A stretch of DNA of 62,686 bases, the filler included. It is 4 parts of 4 records of this genome, joined end to end, with 100 filler letters (N's around TTAATTAATTAA, not from the genome) between each part and the next. Parts side by side here need not be neighbours in the genome. Positions count along the whole stretch, not along the records: positions 33,268 to 57,480 come from SRR31156797_671; 3 more parts are not named here. The stretch is one strand, 5' to 3'. Both the position numbers and the translations under genes were made by a program. The notes below the pieces were generated by a model that saw only the letters and a program-made list of their open reading frames with translations, ran no database searches and was not told where the DNA came from. How positions within the stretch are numbered: the first letter of the stretch is position 1; every line of letters begins with the position of its first letter. Below, piece by piece: positions 40,112 to 50,293 of this stretch.

Positions 40112-43100
40112 ATGAAAACAGGATTTGCGGGTGGTATAGCCCAACTATTTATAAATTCAAAATTAACTCCTTTACTAATGGCTGCCTTTATGGTGATTGG
40201 AGTGTACAGTGCCTATCTTACGCCACGAGAGGAGGAACCACAAATTGATGTTCCTATTGCCGATATATTTTTAATGTATCCGGGAGCTAGTCCTTCAGAA
40301 ATAGAATCGCGTGTGATGCAGCCATTGGAAAAGGTGGTAGCAAATATTCCGGGAGTAGAGTATGTTTATTCAACATCTATGCCTGGACAAGCCATGTTAA
40401 TTGTTCAGTTTTATGTAGGGGAAGATGTGGAACGTTCTCTTGTTAAAATGTACAATGAGATCATGAAACACATGGATGAAATGCCAAAAGGCACATCTAT
40501 GCCATTGATTAAAACCAGAGCAATTGATGATGTTCCGGTGCTTGGTTTGACTTTTTGGAGTGAGACTTATGACGATTTCCAGCTGAAGAGAATTGCTCAG
40601 GAAGTCAACAATGAGATTGAGAAAGTAAGCGAAGTATCCGAAACAAAAGTAATTGGTGGACGTTCGCGACAAGTTCGCGTGATATTGAACCGCGAACAGA
40701 TGGCTGGATACAATATCGATGCTTTAAGTATTTCTAAGCAAATACAGATTTCAAATCAGCAAATAGGTTCCGGAGCCTTCAATAGTCACGATACAGAATA
40801 CCTTGTGGAAACAGGGAAATTTTTGGAAAATGCCGAAGATGTTTCCAATTTGGTTGTAGGTGTTTATAATAACAGTCCTATTTATTTAAAGCAAGTTGCA
40901 GAAGTAATTGATGGACCAGAAATATCTTCACAATATGTAAGCTTTGGATACGGAAAAGTAAATGAAGCCAAAGAACAATTCAAGGGAGAATATCCGGCAG
41001 TAACCGTTTCTGTTGCCAAAAGAAGAGGTGCTGATGCAATGAAAGTTGCAGAGCAAATATTAGCTAAGGTTGAAGCTTTACAAAAAGATTTGATTCCTTC
41101 GGATGTGAAGGTTGACGTGACAAGAAATTACGGAGAAACAGCTTCGGACAAGGTATCGGAACTTTTATTGCACCTTTTAGGAGCAATTGTGGCGGTAACA
41201 TTCGTTGTAATGCTTGCTATGGGATGGCGAGGTGGATTGGTTGTTTTCCTTTCGGTGCCAATTACGTTTGCACTTACCATGTTTAGCTACTATTTTCTAG
41301 ATTACACATTAAATAGAATTACCCTATTCGCCTTGGTATTTGTAACTGGTATTGTGGTAGATGATTCTATTATTATTGCCGAGAATATGCACAGGCATTT
41401 TAAAATGAAGCAATTGCCATTTATGCAAGCTGCTTTGCGCTCTATCGACGAGGTGGGTAATCCGACCATATTGGCAACATTTACAGTAATTGCAGCGGTA
41501 TTACCAATGGTTTTTGTGTCCGGATTAATGGGACCTTACATGAGTCCAATGCCAATTGGAGCATCTATTGCAATGATATTTTCACTTTTGGTTGCTTTAA
41601 CCATTACACCATATCTGGCTTATAGACTATTGCGTTTTAAGGAAAAAGAAGGTGAGAACGAAAAAGCATTTAAACTGGAAGACTCAATAATTTACAAAAT
41701 GTATGGAGCAACTATCAGACCAATGCTAGAGTCGAGATTAAAACGATGGGGATTCATCAGTTTTGTTAGTGTTCTACTATTGGCATCAATGACTTTGGTT
41801 TATTTCAAATTTGTAGCTGTTAAAATGTTGCCTTTCGATAATAAGAATGAATTTCAGGTGGTGATTGATATGCCTGAAGGAACAACATTGGAAAGAACAG
41901 CAGTTGTTGCCAAAGAATTGGCTGCCTACATAGCTCAGCAAGAAAATGTGATTGATTATCAAACTTACGTAGGAACTGCCGCTCCAATGAACTTTAACGG
42001 ATTGGTTCGTCATTACGATTTACGAAGAGGTTCAAATGTAGCCGATATTCAGGTGAATTTAACTCATAAGAAAGATCGTGATTTACAAAGTCATGATATA
42101 GCGAAAATGATTCGCCCAGGTTTACAAGAGATAGGAAAGAAATTCAATGCCAATGTTAAAGTGGTTGAAGTTCCTCCTGGACCTCCGGTTATGTCTACGC
42201 TTGTGGCGGAAATTTACGGTCCTGATACCGAAGGACAAATTCAAGTTGCAAAACAAGTAAAATCCATCTTCGGACAAACCGATGATGTTGTGGATATCGA
42301 CTGGTTGGTAGAAGATGACCAAACCGAATTCCAGTTTAATGTGGATAAGGAAAAGGCAATGTTGGCAGGAGTTTCAACTCAGCAGGTTGTGCATACCTTA
42401 AATATGGCGCTTCGTGGTCATGAAGTTTCTCAGTTGTATCAGCAGCACGAACACGAGCAAGTTGGCATCGATCTTCGTTTGCAGGAGAAGGATAGAAGTA
42501 GCTTAAGTGATCTGAAGAAAATTAATATCCTAACACAATCGGGTCAGTTAATTCCTTTGGGTGATATTGTTGAAATTCGTGAAAAGATAAAGGAAAAGAG
42601 CATATATAGAAAGAACCAAAAACGTGTGGTTTATGTAACTGCCGATGTTGCAGGTAAATTGGAAAGTCCGGTTTATGGTATCATGGAAATTTCGGAACAT
42701 TTATCGGATGTTCAGGTGCCGGAAGGTTATGAACTGATGGAAGAATATACTGAACAGCCTTTTTTCGAGGACAATTACAGTCTGAAATGGGATGGTGAGT
42801 GGCAAATTACTTACGAAGTATTCCGTGATTTGGGAACTGCCTTTGCTGTTGTTCTTTTGGTAATTTACATGCTGATTATTGGATGGTTCCAAAACTTTAA
42901 GGTGCCATTTGTAATGATGATTTCTATTCCTTTATCACTGGTTGGTATTTTAATAGGACATTGGATGTTGGGAGCATTCTTTACAGCAACTTCTATGATT
43001 GGATTAATTGCCTTAGCGGGAATTATGGTAAGAAATGCTATTCTTTTGATCGACTTTATCAATTTAAGATTGGAAGATGGCGCTCCATTGAAAGATGCTG

Positions 43101-43345
43101 TAATTGAGGCAGGTGCAGTGCGTACTACTCCAATTTTACTAACTGCAGGTACAGTGGTGATAGGTGCTGTAGTAATTTTGTTCGATCCTATTTTCCAGGG
43201 ACTAGCCATTTCATTAATGGGAGGTTCTATTGCATCAACATTCCTGACATTGGTAATTGTACCATTGACTTATTACATGACAGAAAAGAAGAAGTATCCT
43301 GAAGTGAAAAGTGATGTAGAATTAACAGAAAACAATGATCAGTAA
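40112..43345 (+). CDS. RND efflux permease
   Basis: 1077 aa; PREEEPQI, GIVVDDSII, GIMVRNAILL motifs. Confidence 0.95.
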   Translation: MKTGFAGGIAQLFINSKLTPLLMAAFMVIGVYSAYLTPREEEPQIDVPIADIFLMYPGASPSEIESRVMQPLEKVVANIPGVEYVYSTSMPGQAMLIVQFYVGEDVERSLVKMYNEIMKHMDEMPKGTSMPLIKTRAIDDVPVLGLTFWSETYDDFQLKRIAQEVNNEIEKVSEVSETKVIGGRSRQVRVILNREQMAGYNIDALSISKQIQISNQQIGSGAFNSHDTEYLVETGKFLENAEDVSNLVVGVYNNSPIYLKQVAEVIDGPEISSQYVSFGYGKVNEAKEQFKGEYPAVTVSVAKRRGADAMKVAEQILAKVEALQKDLIPSDVKVDVTRNYGETASDKVSELLLHLLGAIVAVTFVVMLAMGWRGGLVVFLSVPITFALTMFSYYFLDYTLNRITLFALVFVTGIVVDDSIIIAENMHRHFKMKQLPFMQAALRSIDEVGNPTILATFTVIAAVLPMVFVSGLMGPYMSPMPIGASIAMIFSLLVALTITPYLAYRLLRFKEKEGENEKAFKLEDSIIYKMYGATIRPMLESRLKRWGFISFVSVLLLASMTLVYFKFVAVKMLPFDNKNEFQVVIDMPEGTTLERTAVVAKELAAYIAQQENVIDYQTYVGTAAPMNFNGLVRHYDLRRGSNVADIQVNLTHKKDRDLQSHDIAKMIRPGLQEIGKKFNANVKVVEVPPGPPVMSTLVAEIYGPDTEGQIQVAKQVKSIFGQTDDVVDIDWLVEDDQTEFQFNVDKEKAMLAGVSTQQVVHTLNMALRGHEVSQLYQQHEHEQVGIDLRLQEKDRSSLSDLKKINILTQSGQLIPLGDIVEIREKIKEKSIYRKNQKRVVYVTADVAGKLESPVYGIMEISEHLSDVQVPEGYELMEEYTEQPFFEDNYSLKWDGEWQITYEVFRDLGTAFAVVLLVIYMLIIGWFQNFKVPFVMMISIPLSLVGILIGHWMLGAFFTATSMIGLIALAGIMVRNAILLIDFINLRLEDGAPLKDAVIEAGAVRTTPILLTAGTVVIGAVVILFDPIFQGLAISLMGGSIASTFLTLVIVPLTYYMTEKKKYPEVKSDVELTENNDQ

Positions 43346-43361
43346 ACTTAATTTCTAATCT

Positions 43362-43670
43362 ATGAAAGTTGTTATTATATTTTGTGTGAAAGCCTTTTAC
43401 GATGAATTGAAGCAAATTTACAATAAAGCAGGCGTTGATGCTTACAGTGAATTTGATGTGAAAGGATATACGAAAAAGCAAGGAGGAAAATGCGAAGCTC
43501 CCAATTGGTTTGCTTCCAGTAAAAACCATTATGATTCCACCGCTACATTCGCATTTTTAAGCGAGGAAAAGGGGGATGACTTACTCAAACATATTGAGAC
43601 ATTTAATTCAGGTATTGATTGCTGTAGTCCGATACACGCATACATGCTGGATGTGGAAAAGTTTATTTAA
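43362..43670 (+). CDS. Small P-II-like transporter-associated protein
   Basis: 102 aa, P-II-like beta-alpha-beta pattern, follows the RND permease. Confidence 0.55.
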   Translation: MKVVIIFCVKAFYDELKQIYNKAGVDAYSEFDVKGYTKKQGGKCEAPNWFASSKNHYDSTATFAFLSEEKGDDLLKHIETFNSGIDCCSPIHAYMLDVEKFI

Positions 43671-43688
43671 TATCAATAAAATAAAGAA

Positions 43689-43877
43689 ATGAGAGAGAGA
43701 ATTATTAGAGCAATTGCCGGAATTATGGTGTTAACAAGCATCTTATTGGCATTTTATGTGAACATCAACTGGTTGTTACTAACAGCATTTGTTGGTTTAA
43801 ATCTCTTACAATCTTCCATTACCAAATGGTGTTTAATGGATGATATTCTAAAGAAAGTTTTTAAAGTGGAGAATTGA
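43689..43877 (+). CDS. DUF2892 / YgaP-like small membrane protein
   Basis: ERIIRAIAG...FVGLNLLQSSITKWCL. Confidence 0.88.
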   Translation: MRERIIRAIAGIMVLTSILLAFYVNINWLLLTAFVGLNLLQSSITKWCLMDDILKKVFKVEN

Positions 43878-43906
43878 TCCACAAAGTTTAGTTTTTTTGA
43901 TTTTGT

Positions 43907-43933
43907 TCCCGGGGCTTTTGTTCCGGGATTTTT
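43907..43933 (+). terminator. Rho-independent terminator of the RND operon
   Basis: TCCCGGGGC/GTTCCGGGA stem plus T-run. Confidence 0.7.
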
Positions 43934-44300
43934 CTTACTAAAAGTAGTTGAATTCGCCATTTGGAATGGTATTATTCTAGATGGCAATTTTTCTTAAACA
44001 AATTTGAAACATATTTAACATCAGAAAATCAGAGACAAACATGCTTTATGTGCTGTTTTAAACCCATTGAGAGTTGATTAAAATATATGAACTGTGCGAA
44101 TGCTCATGAATATTTTAATTATTATGACTTTGAATTTTTCTTAAGTGGTCTATTCCATCAGCGGAGGAGCTTAAGTTTTTTTATGACGCTCATATCTGCA
44201 AATTGAATAGATACCGATTATAAAAACTGTTTTAAAGTAGAGTTTGCAAACTGTGTAAGCATATAAAAATCCATATCTTTGCCCCATAAAATTTGAATAT

Positions 44301-45131
44301 ATGATTCGTTCCACAATACACGCATTCGAAATATTAGATACCCAATCGAAGGGAATTCCTTACGAGGCTATTGATTACTTGAGAAATCAGGAAAGTAATG
44401 ATGACATTAACAAGAAATTAGTTTATGCATTAAAAAATGCATACAATGGTGAAGCATATTATTCCGATGAGTTGAGAATTATGCTTCCGGCTCCTTTGTG
44501 GTATGCTATTGTAGCAGAGAAACATTTATCAGAAGACCTGTTTGAACCTTTACTGGAAATGTTCACTACTGAAGAAGATTGGGATTTGATGAATGAGCAA
44601 GCTGTTTATTTAGTTGGACTACTGGCAAAGAAATATCCTAGTGCTTTTGTAGATAAGGTATTGTACTTTATCGAGGAGAATATTAAGAAGGAACACAAAA
44701 CTCCATACATTTTTTGTTTCGAAGCTTTGTATTATGCAACGGAAGAACAATTCGACAGAATTCATTCCATCTTAGAAAAAGAAAATTTTCATTGGCTGGA
44801 TCATTACATAAGAGTATTAGGGGACTTGATGAGAGAAGATACACTTAAAAAGTTCAAAGAGCTCTTACCTAAATTCGAAGGAAAACATACGGCAATTGAA
44901 TTGCAGTATTATATTGATGTAATGGAGGGAAGAGTAAGTGATTTTCAAAAAGGAGTTGCCTTTTGCGAAATGCGCGACCCAGAATGGAAAAATCATTACC
45001 AGCATATGGAGCACTTATTTGCTTCTACTGAGTCGCCTATTGAGCAAGGAGGGAAGGTAAACAGAAATGATCCTTGTCCTTGCGGATCAGGTAAAAAATA
45101 CAAGCAGTGTTGTCTGCAAACAATGTCTTAG
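44301..45131 (+). CDS. SEC-C motif protein (DUF1186-like)
   Basis: C-terminal RNDPCPCGSGKKYKQCC; TATCTTTG -7 box at 44274-44281. Confidence 0.85.
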   Translation: MIRSTIHAFEILDTQSKGIPYEAIDYLRNQESNDDINKKLVYALKNAYNGEAYYSDELRIMLPAPLWYAIVAEKHLSEDLFEPLLEMFTTEEDWDLMNEQAVYLVGLLAKKYPSAFVDKVLYFIEENIKKEHKTPYIFCFEALYYATEEQFDRIHSILEKENFHWLDHYIRVLGDLMREDTLKKFKELLPKFEGKHTAIELQYYIDVMEGRVSDFQKGVAFCEMRDPEWKNHYQHMEHLFASTESPIEQGGKVNRNDPCPCGSGKKYKQCCLQTMS

Positions 45132-45167
45132 AAATCTTCATTTATTGAAGTAGATATAGAAAATATT

Positions 45168-45205
45168 AAACGGTTTTACTGCACTTGCAGTAAAACCGTT
45201 TTTTT
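45168..45205. terminator. Terminator between convergent genes (probably bidirectional)
   Basis: AAACGGTTTTACTGCA/TGCAGTAAAACCGTTT perfect stem with T-run. Confidence 0.85.
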
Positions 45206-45240
45206 ATAAACCCAAGCGCCAACTACAAGTCTATATTTAT

Positions 45241-45342
45241 TTAAAAGTTACTAGCTATATAAAGAAGGATAGACAGCAGACAGATTGCATACAGAGCAAA
45301 TCCAGCCATTGTTTCCTTATTGATTTTGATCTTTTTAAGCAT
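45241..45342 (-). CDS. 33-aa single-TM small protein coupled to rdhC (absent from ORF track)
   Basis: MLKKIKINKETMAGFALYAICLLSILLYIASNF*; start overlaps the rdhC stop by 8 nt and it lies before the terminator. Confidence 0.55.
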   Translation of the reverse strand: MLKKIKINKETMAGFALYAICLLSILLYIASNF

Positions 45343-46477
45343 GTTGTTTTTGTTTTTGAATCAGATTTTTAACTTGATTTCTTCTGGCTATCAACCAATT
45401 TAAAATGCCACCTACCGGACAAAAGAATCGGCAAAAGAAATTTGAAAAGAACAATGCCCCTATAAGTGAAGTAGGTAATATATACCACTGAATTCCTGCA
45501 CCCTTTAAGGAAAACAACATCGTAAATGGTTCATAGGAAGAAACACTCGGATTCTGAGATATAAATATTAGGATAAGAGACAACCAAATTAAGACCAGGG
45601 GAGTGTGAGTTAATAACTTCCCGATTGTTTTATCCATTTTGATATTGATCCCAGAAATTTGATGCAGCAACATTTGACTCGCTCTAAATGGACAAATGGC
45701 TGTGCAATATACATTTTTGCCCCAAACAATGATTAAACTAAGCGTTGCCGCAACAAGTAACCACCAACTTAAATGGGAGTGAATCTCAGGGAAATATCCC
45801 AACAATATTCGTCCGAAGTGAGTTAAGGAAAGTGATGCATTAAATAGAAAACCGATGAACACCAATCCCAAAAATAGATTGAAATAAATCAATTTCTTAC
45901 TTTTAAAATAGATGGCTAAAAATGCGAGAATAACGATTACAGCAACAATTCCTTCTTTTGGTGTGAGTCTCCATTTCTTCTCAATTTTCGGGGTTTGGAG
46001 CTTAAATACATTGTTGGCAATTAGATAAGAAGCATCGCGAGCAGCATTTGCTATTGCCAACGAACTTACTGTAGCACCAGATACAGCTTCAATATCCTGT
46101 TTTATTTCAAAATGATCTGTTAGATTTTTATCTCCGTATTGTTGGTAATATTTATTGTTCGAAAGTTTAGCCACAAACGAAGGGGTTTCGAAACTTTTCA
46201 ACAATTCAGTACTTACAATTCCTTCTGTTGTATTGCTAATAACAGCAACCTGCAAGGGACCACCATATCCTTGAGAGGATCCTGTCGCTAAAAAGCCAAA
46301 CAGACTATCATTTTTATAGACAGGATGAACACCTTTGTTTGCTTCTCCCAGTTTAAGATCTGCCGATTGTAATACTTTTAAATGTTCAAGTTCATGCGTG
46401 TTATTTGTAAATATTACGCCATAGCAAAAAGCCAAACCCAAACTTATCCAGGCAAACCAATTAATATATTTTTTCAT
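45335..46477 (-). CDS. rdhC: RdhC-like membrane flavoprotein (FMN-binding + NosR/NirI-like)
   Basis: GYGGP, SGAT flavinylation motif, two CX3CP motifs (CTAICP, CRFFCP), multi-TM. Confidence 0.85.
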   Translation of the reverse strand: MKKYINWFAWISLGLAFCYGVIFTNNTHELEHLKVLQSADLKLGEANKGVHPVYKNDSLFGFLATGSSQGYGGPLQVAVISNTTEGIVSTELLKSFETPSFVAKLSNNKYYQQYGDKNLTDHFEIKQDIEAVSGATVSSLAIANAARDASYLIANNVFKLQTPKIEKKWRLTPKEGIVAVIVILAFLAIYFKSKKLIYFNLFLGLVFIGFLFNASLSLTHFGRILLGYFPEIHSHLSWWLLVAATLSLIIVWGKNVYCTAICPFRASQMLLHQISGINIKMDKTIGKLLTHTPLVLIWLSLILIFISQNPSVSSYEPFTMLFSLKGAGIQWYILPTSLIGALFFSNFFCRFFCPVGGILNWLIARRNQVKNLIQKQKQHA

Positions 46478-46501
46478 GTACTATATTGAATCCTAATGAA
46501 T

Positions 46502-46540
46502 AGAGATCGAAGTCATAACTGTGTATGACTCCGATACTCT
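46502..46540 (-). promoter_or_regulatory. Intergenic RNA hairpin between rdhB and rdhC
   Basis: AUCGGAGUCAUA/UAUGACUUCGAU stem (a G-U pair favours the minus strand); no strong U-run. Confidence 0.55.
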
Positions 46541-46551
46541 TAGAACAAAAA

Positions 46552-46842
46552 CTAATTGCTTAACGCTTTTTTTAATGCTAGTTTTCTTGAGAAAACAAGA
46601 AGAATTAATGAGGGAATCACAAAAACAATTAATCCCATACTTGCTGCTCTGGGCTCACCTTCCAGAATTGAACTAAAAGACCATGCAATCCCAAAAATGA
46701 ATAAGAAGATTCCAATACAACTGCTTATCCATGTGGAGATGTTAAATTTCAATTTTTGATTGTAATAATATATAAGTCCTATGGCTAAAGTAGTGATCAC
46801 GCCCAAGGAAAAAAACAGTATTTCTATTCCTGTAAATATCAT
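46552..46842 (-). CDS. rdhB: RdhB-like membrane anchor
   Basis: 96 aa, three TM helices, directly downstream of rdhA; start moved to ATG 46842. Confidence 0.75.
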   Translation of the reverse strand: MIFTGIEILFFSLGVITTLAIGLIYYYNQKLKFNISTWISSCIGIFLFIFGIAWSFSSILEGEPRAASMGLIVFVIPSLILLVFSRKLALKKALSN

Positions 46843-46899
46843 AAGTTTGAATTTTAATTGTGATAAATTTGAATGTTTCAATTCTAAAAGTAAGATGAA

Positions 46900-48393
46900 T
46901 TAATGCCCATCGTAACTTTTGCCATCGGGACTATAGAATTTCTTGATAGATTCTTTATCTTCCACATTTCCATAACCGAATAGCTCATCCATTTCACGCA
47001 TTAAATCATGAACAGGTCCTGGCATGGCTGCTGTAATACTGTCGACTAATCGGTGGTGCCAAAAGTCTGGTTTGTTGTAAGGGCAGGATGCCATACACAT
47101 ACCACAATCATCACCCAGTTCGCCCCAAAGTTTAAAGCATTTCTTGGCATCAACATGATATTTCTTAACACCTTTTACATTGTACCAGGCATTGTCTTTA
47201 TTTTCGTGAGTTGGTTCGAATGATGGCTCTTTATCAAATGATATAGCTTTTGTTGGACAAGCATCTGCACAACGCATGCAATTTTTACAAAAATCCATTA
47301 CACCAAAAGACTTCGGTTTGTCGTATTCTACAAAATCGAAATCGGTGTAAATTTTAGCCAATCTCACTCTTGGTCCGTATTTGTAGGTAACAGCTTGCCC
47401 TAAACGAGAGGCTTCACCTAAACCTGCAGCAATGGCATAGGGAACACTTAATCCCATATCGTTACCAGCTGAAACTGCATTGTAACCAAGATTTTTGAAA
47501 TATACAGCCAATTGATAAGGGACCTTAGCCATTTCAGAGTATCCTGCACCAGCAGCTGCACTTCCAATAAAGGAAGGTGAGGTTGATATTCCTTCGTAAT
47601 CCATATTAAATGCCATTACAATTACTGTTTTGGGCTCGAAAGGAAAATCACTCCAATCGGTTACAAACTTATCAGGACCCCAATTGTGAAGTTCTTCCAT
47701 TTGTTCCTTACTAGGAGGGGCTAATAATGGTTTTCTAAATAGTGGAGGAATAGGATTCAAAAACTTACTGTAATCCCATCTTTTATCTCTTCGGGTAATA
47801 CCCACCAAATCGGCACCAAATAACTTAGCTGCACGTTTGATTTGGTTCGTTGCTTCCTGTTTATTTTTAAACTTATATTTTTCCTTGACTACATAGTCGT
47901 TGTCGAAAAGTGCGAATTGAACTTTTTCATCGCGTTGTTCCCACGAATTAACTCCGAAGTTTGGAATGGCTGCCGGGCTTGGACCCGCGGCATAATTATT
48001 CATGGCCCAGGCACCTGCAAGCAGGGCTTTATCAGCCTGATTGTATCCTGGTTTATCATTGTCGTAGGCAAAATTCATCTTTTCAACAAAAGCTTTTCCA
48101 TCTGCTACGATATCATCTTCTACAGTTTCTCCAATGGCTTTAATTTCATTTACGAAAAATGAACGAGCCTGTACGTGATCCCAATTTCTAGGAGGTACAT
48201 AATCGTCACGTACTTCAGCAGGAAAATCATCGTGAGTGGTAACAATTTTATCCACAAGACGTTTATCCAATTCTTTGGCTGCAGTTTTTTGCGGTAAAGT
48301 AGTTAAAGCAGTTGCTCCAACAGCAGCTGAAATTCCTCCAATTTTAAAAAAATCCCTGCGATTTAATTTTGCTTGTTTTTTGATTTTGCTCAT
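46900..48393 (-). CDS. rdhA: Reductive dehalogenase catalytic subunit (Tat-exported, corrinoid/2xFe-S)
   Basis: Tat RRDFFK; AAKLFGADLVGI; AGLGEASR; GPRVRLAKIYTD; FCKNCMRCADACP and CX10CGMCMASCP; start moved to ATG 48393. Confidence 0.93.
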   Translation of the reverse strand: MSKIKKQAKLNRRDFFKIGGISAAVGATALTTLPQKTAAKELDKRLVDKIVTTHDDFPAEVRDDYVPPRNWDHVQARSFFVNEIKAIGETVEDDIVADGKAFVEKMNFAYDNDKPGYNQADKALLAGAWAMNNYAAGPSPAAIPNFGVNSWEQRDEKVQFALFDNDYVVKEKYKFKNKQEATNQIKRAAKLFGADLVGITRRDKRWDYSKFLNPIPPLFRKPLLAPPSKEQMEELHNWGPDKFVTDWSDFPFEPKTVIVMAFNMDYEGISTSPSFIGSAAAGAGYSEMAKVPYQLAVYFKNLGYNAVSAGNDMGLSVPYAIAAGLGEASRLGQAVTYKYGPRVRLAKIYTDFDFVEYDKPKSFGVMDFCKNCMRCADACPTKAISFDKEPSFEPTHENKDNAWYNVKGVKKYHVDAKKCFKLWGELGDDCGMCMASCPYNKPDFWHHRLVDSITAAMPGPVHDLMREMDELFGYGNVEDKESIKKFYSPDGKSYDGH

Positions 48394-48521
48394 TACGTCA
48401 ATGTTTTTGATCCAGTTCAAAACTGCAGTTAAAACACTGATATAGCGACAGAGCCAATAATTTCGGACGTCTGCCAATTAATTAAGGCGTGGCAGGATCA
48501 CTATAAAAAATTGAAAAACAG

Positions 48522-49610
48522 TTATTCAGATTCTTTTATATATTGCGAAGGAGTTTTACCTGTGAATTTCTTGAAAGTCGCATTAAAGGTAGCTTTTGAT
48601 TTGAAGCCTGCTTCAAATGCCAATGCCAGTATGGTATAGTTTTTAAATTTTTCAAGTCGTGCGATCCTTTTAAATTCTTCCACCCTGTAATTATTGATAT
48701 AATCATTAAAACTTTGATTCAATAATCCGTTTAATGTTTCAGATAATTCATGAGTAGGAATATCGCAATGCTGAGAAAAATTTGACAGATTAAGTTCAGA
48801 ATTTAAATATAACTTGTCACTCTCCATAACCTGATTCATCTTTACTACATTCTCCTCGGCCAATCTACGTGTAAGTTTCGATTTGTCATATTTTTTGAAA
48901 CCGCCTAAACCTATTTTTTCAGTACTTAGATGTAAGGATCTTGGTTCACTAACAATAACATAACTAATTGCATATCCTAAAATCATTAGAAAGCTTAAAT
49001 TGATGATGTCCATGGTTGGTTCTGTACCAGATATTACCAGAGGAAGGTTGGTTTTAAGCTCTAAAATCACGAAATGAACAGTCATCATGATACAAAGTAA
49101 TTTAATTAGAGCTATTCTTTTTTTGTTATAAGTAAAGATAGTAAGAGAATAGCCTTTAATCTTATAAAAGTTACCAATCATCTTTAATATTAAAAATGGA
49201 TAAATGATATATAGTGAGACGAGTACATTTTTTGCCATTAGCAAATAGACATTCTTATATAAATCTGAATTTTTATATAAAATATAGATAATTCCGTTAA
49301 TCAGAAATGGGATTGTATGAAGAAGACTGATTTTGGTGTATTTAAGTTTGCCATATAAAACCGACATAACATAGTAGTATACCACCAATGGTGCAATGGT
49401 TGCAATTGGAACAATAACAAACGGCCAATTGGAATCTAGGCTTACAAATCCTTTGTAAAAGAAGTAATAATAAACGTAGTGGAATATAATATTGAGAAAA
49501 ATTAGCTTTAAAATATGGTTGGGAAGTGTTCTAAATTTTTTGCGTAGTAAGATAAGGATCAGTCCAATAATTTGGGCTGAACAAAAAAGAATTAAATAGG
49601 GAATATTCAT
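48522..49610 (-). CDS. Membrane-bound AraC-family regulator
   Basis: Multi-TM N-terminus; FNDYINNYRVEEF...LAFEAGFKSKATFNATFKK HTH. Confidence 0.92.
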   Translation of the reverse strand: MNIPYLILFCSAQIIGLILILLRKKFRTLPNHILKLIFLNIIFHYVYYYFFYKGFVSLDSNWPFVIVPIATIAPLVVYYYVMSVLYGKLKYTKISLLHTIPFLINGIIYILYKNSDLYKNVYLLMAKNVLVSLYIIYPFLILKMIGNFYKIKGYSLTIFTYNKKRIALIKLLCIMMTVHFVILELKTNLPLVISGTEPTMDIINLSFLMILGYAISYVIVSEPRSLHLSTEKIGLGGFKKYDKSKLTRRLAEENVVKMNQVMESDKLYLNSELNLSNFSQHCDIPTHELSETLNGLLNQSFNDYINNYRVEEFKRIARLEKFKNYTILALAFEAGFKSKATFNATFKKFTGKTPSQYIKESE

Positions 49611-49696
49611 AAAAAAATGTGATGCTTTGGATTTTTCGAAATGTAAAGTAATTTTTATTGAATCACAACAAAAGAATCTTCAACAATTGTATTTTT

Positions 49697-50293
49697 TTAA
49701 AAGCGATAAGCAATACCTAAAGAAAATACTCTATTTTGAGCTTCTGACTCAACTTTATCCTGATTGAAAAATTCTGCCAAGCCATGATAATATCTTGCAT
49801 TCAAAAGGAATTGATCAGAAAATTCGTATTCCAATCCAAGTATGGCACCATAGTCAAAATCTTCAAAAGTATCAGATTTTGGTAAGATCTGAGCAACTGG
49901 ATTATCATCGGAATATACATCAGGATCTTCCTTGGAACGCAGCAAATAACCAACTTGAGGTCCAAGTAAAAATTTGAATTGCTCGTAATTACGTAATGAA
50001 AATTTTACCAGAAGAGGAATAGTAATATAATCTAAACTGATGGTTGCTGATTCACCATCAATATGATCTCTGAATCCTTGTTGAGAATACATAACTTCGG
50101 TTTGTAAGCCAACAATATCCGTAAAATTATAGGATGCAAATAAACCTGCATATCCACCAAATTTATAATGTCCACCGTTATCTTCTCCCTGAAAATTGGC
50201 AAGATTGAAACCTCCTTTTACACCAAATCTAATATCCTGAGCACTTATTAATCCAGGTAGAAATATTAATAGTAGTAGGGCTATCTTTTTCAT
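49697..50293 (-). CDS. Outer-membrane beta-barrel (porin family) protein
   Basis: Signal peptide, FGVKGGFN, LDYITIPLL, terminal AYRF. Confidence 0.88.
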   Translation of the reverse strand: MKKIALLLLIFLPGLISAQDIRFGVKGGFNLANFQGEDNGGHYKFGGYAGLFASYNFTDIVGLQTEVMYSQQGFRDHIDGESATISLDYITIPLLVKFSLRNYEQFKFLLGPQVGYLLRSKEDPDVYSDDNPVAQILPKSDTFEDFDYGAILGLEYEFSDQFLLNARYYHGLAEFFNQDKVESEAQNRVFSLGIAYRF

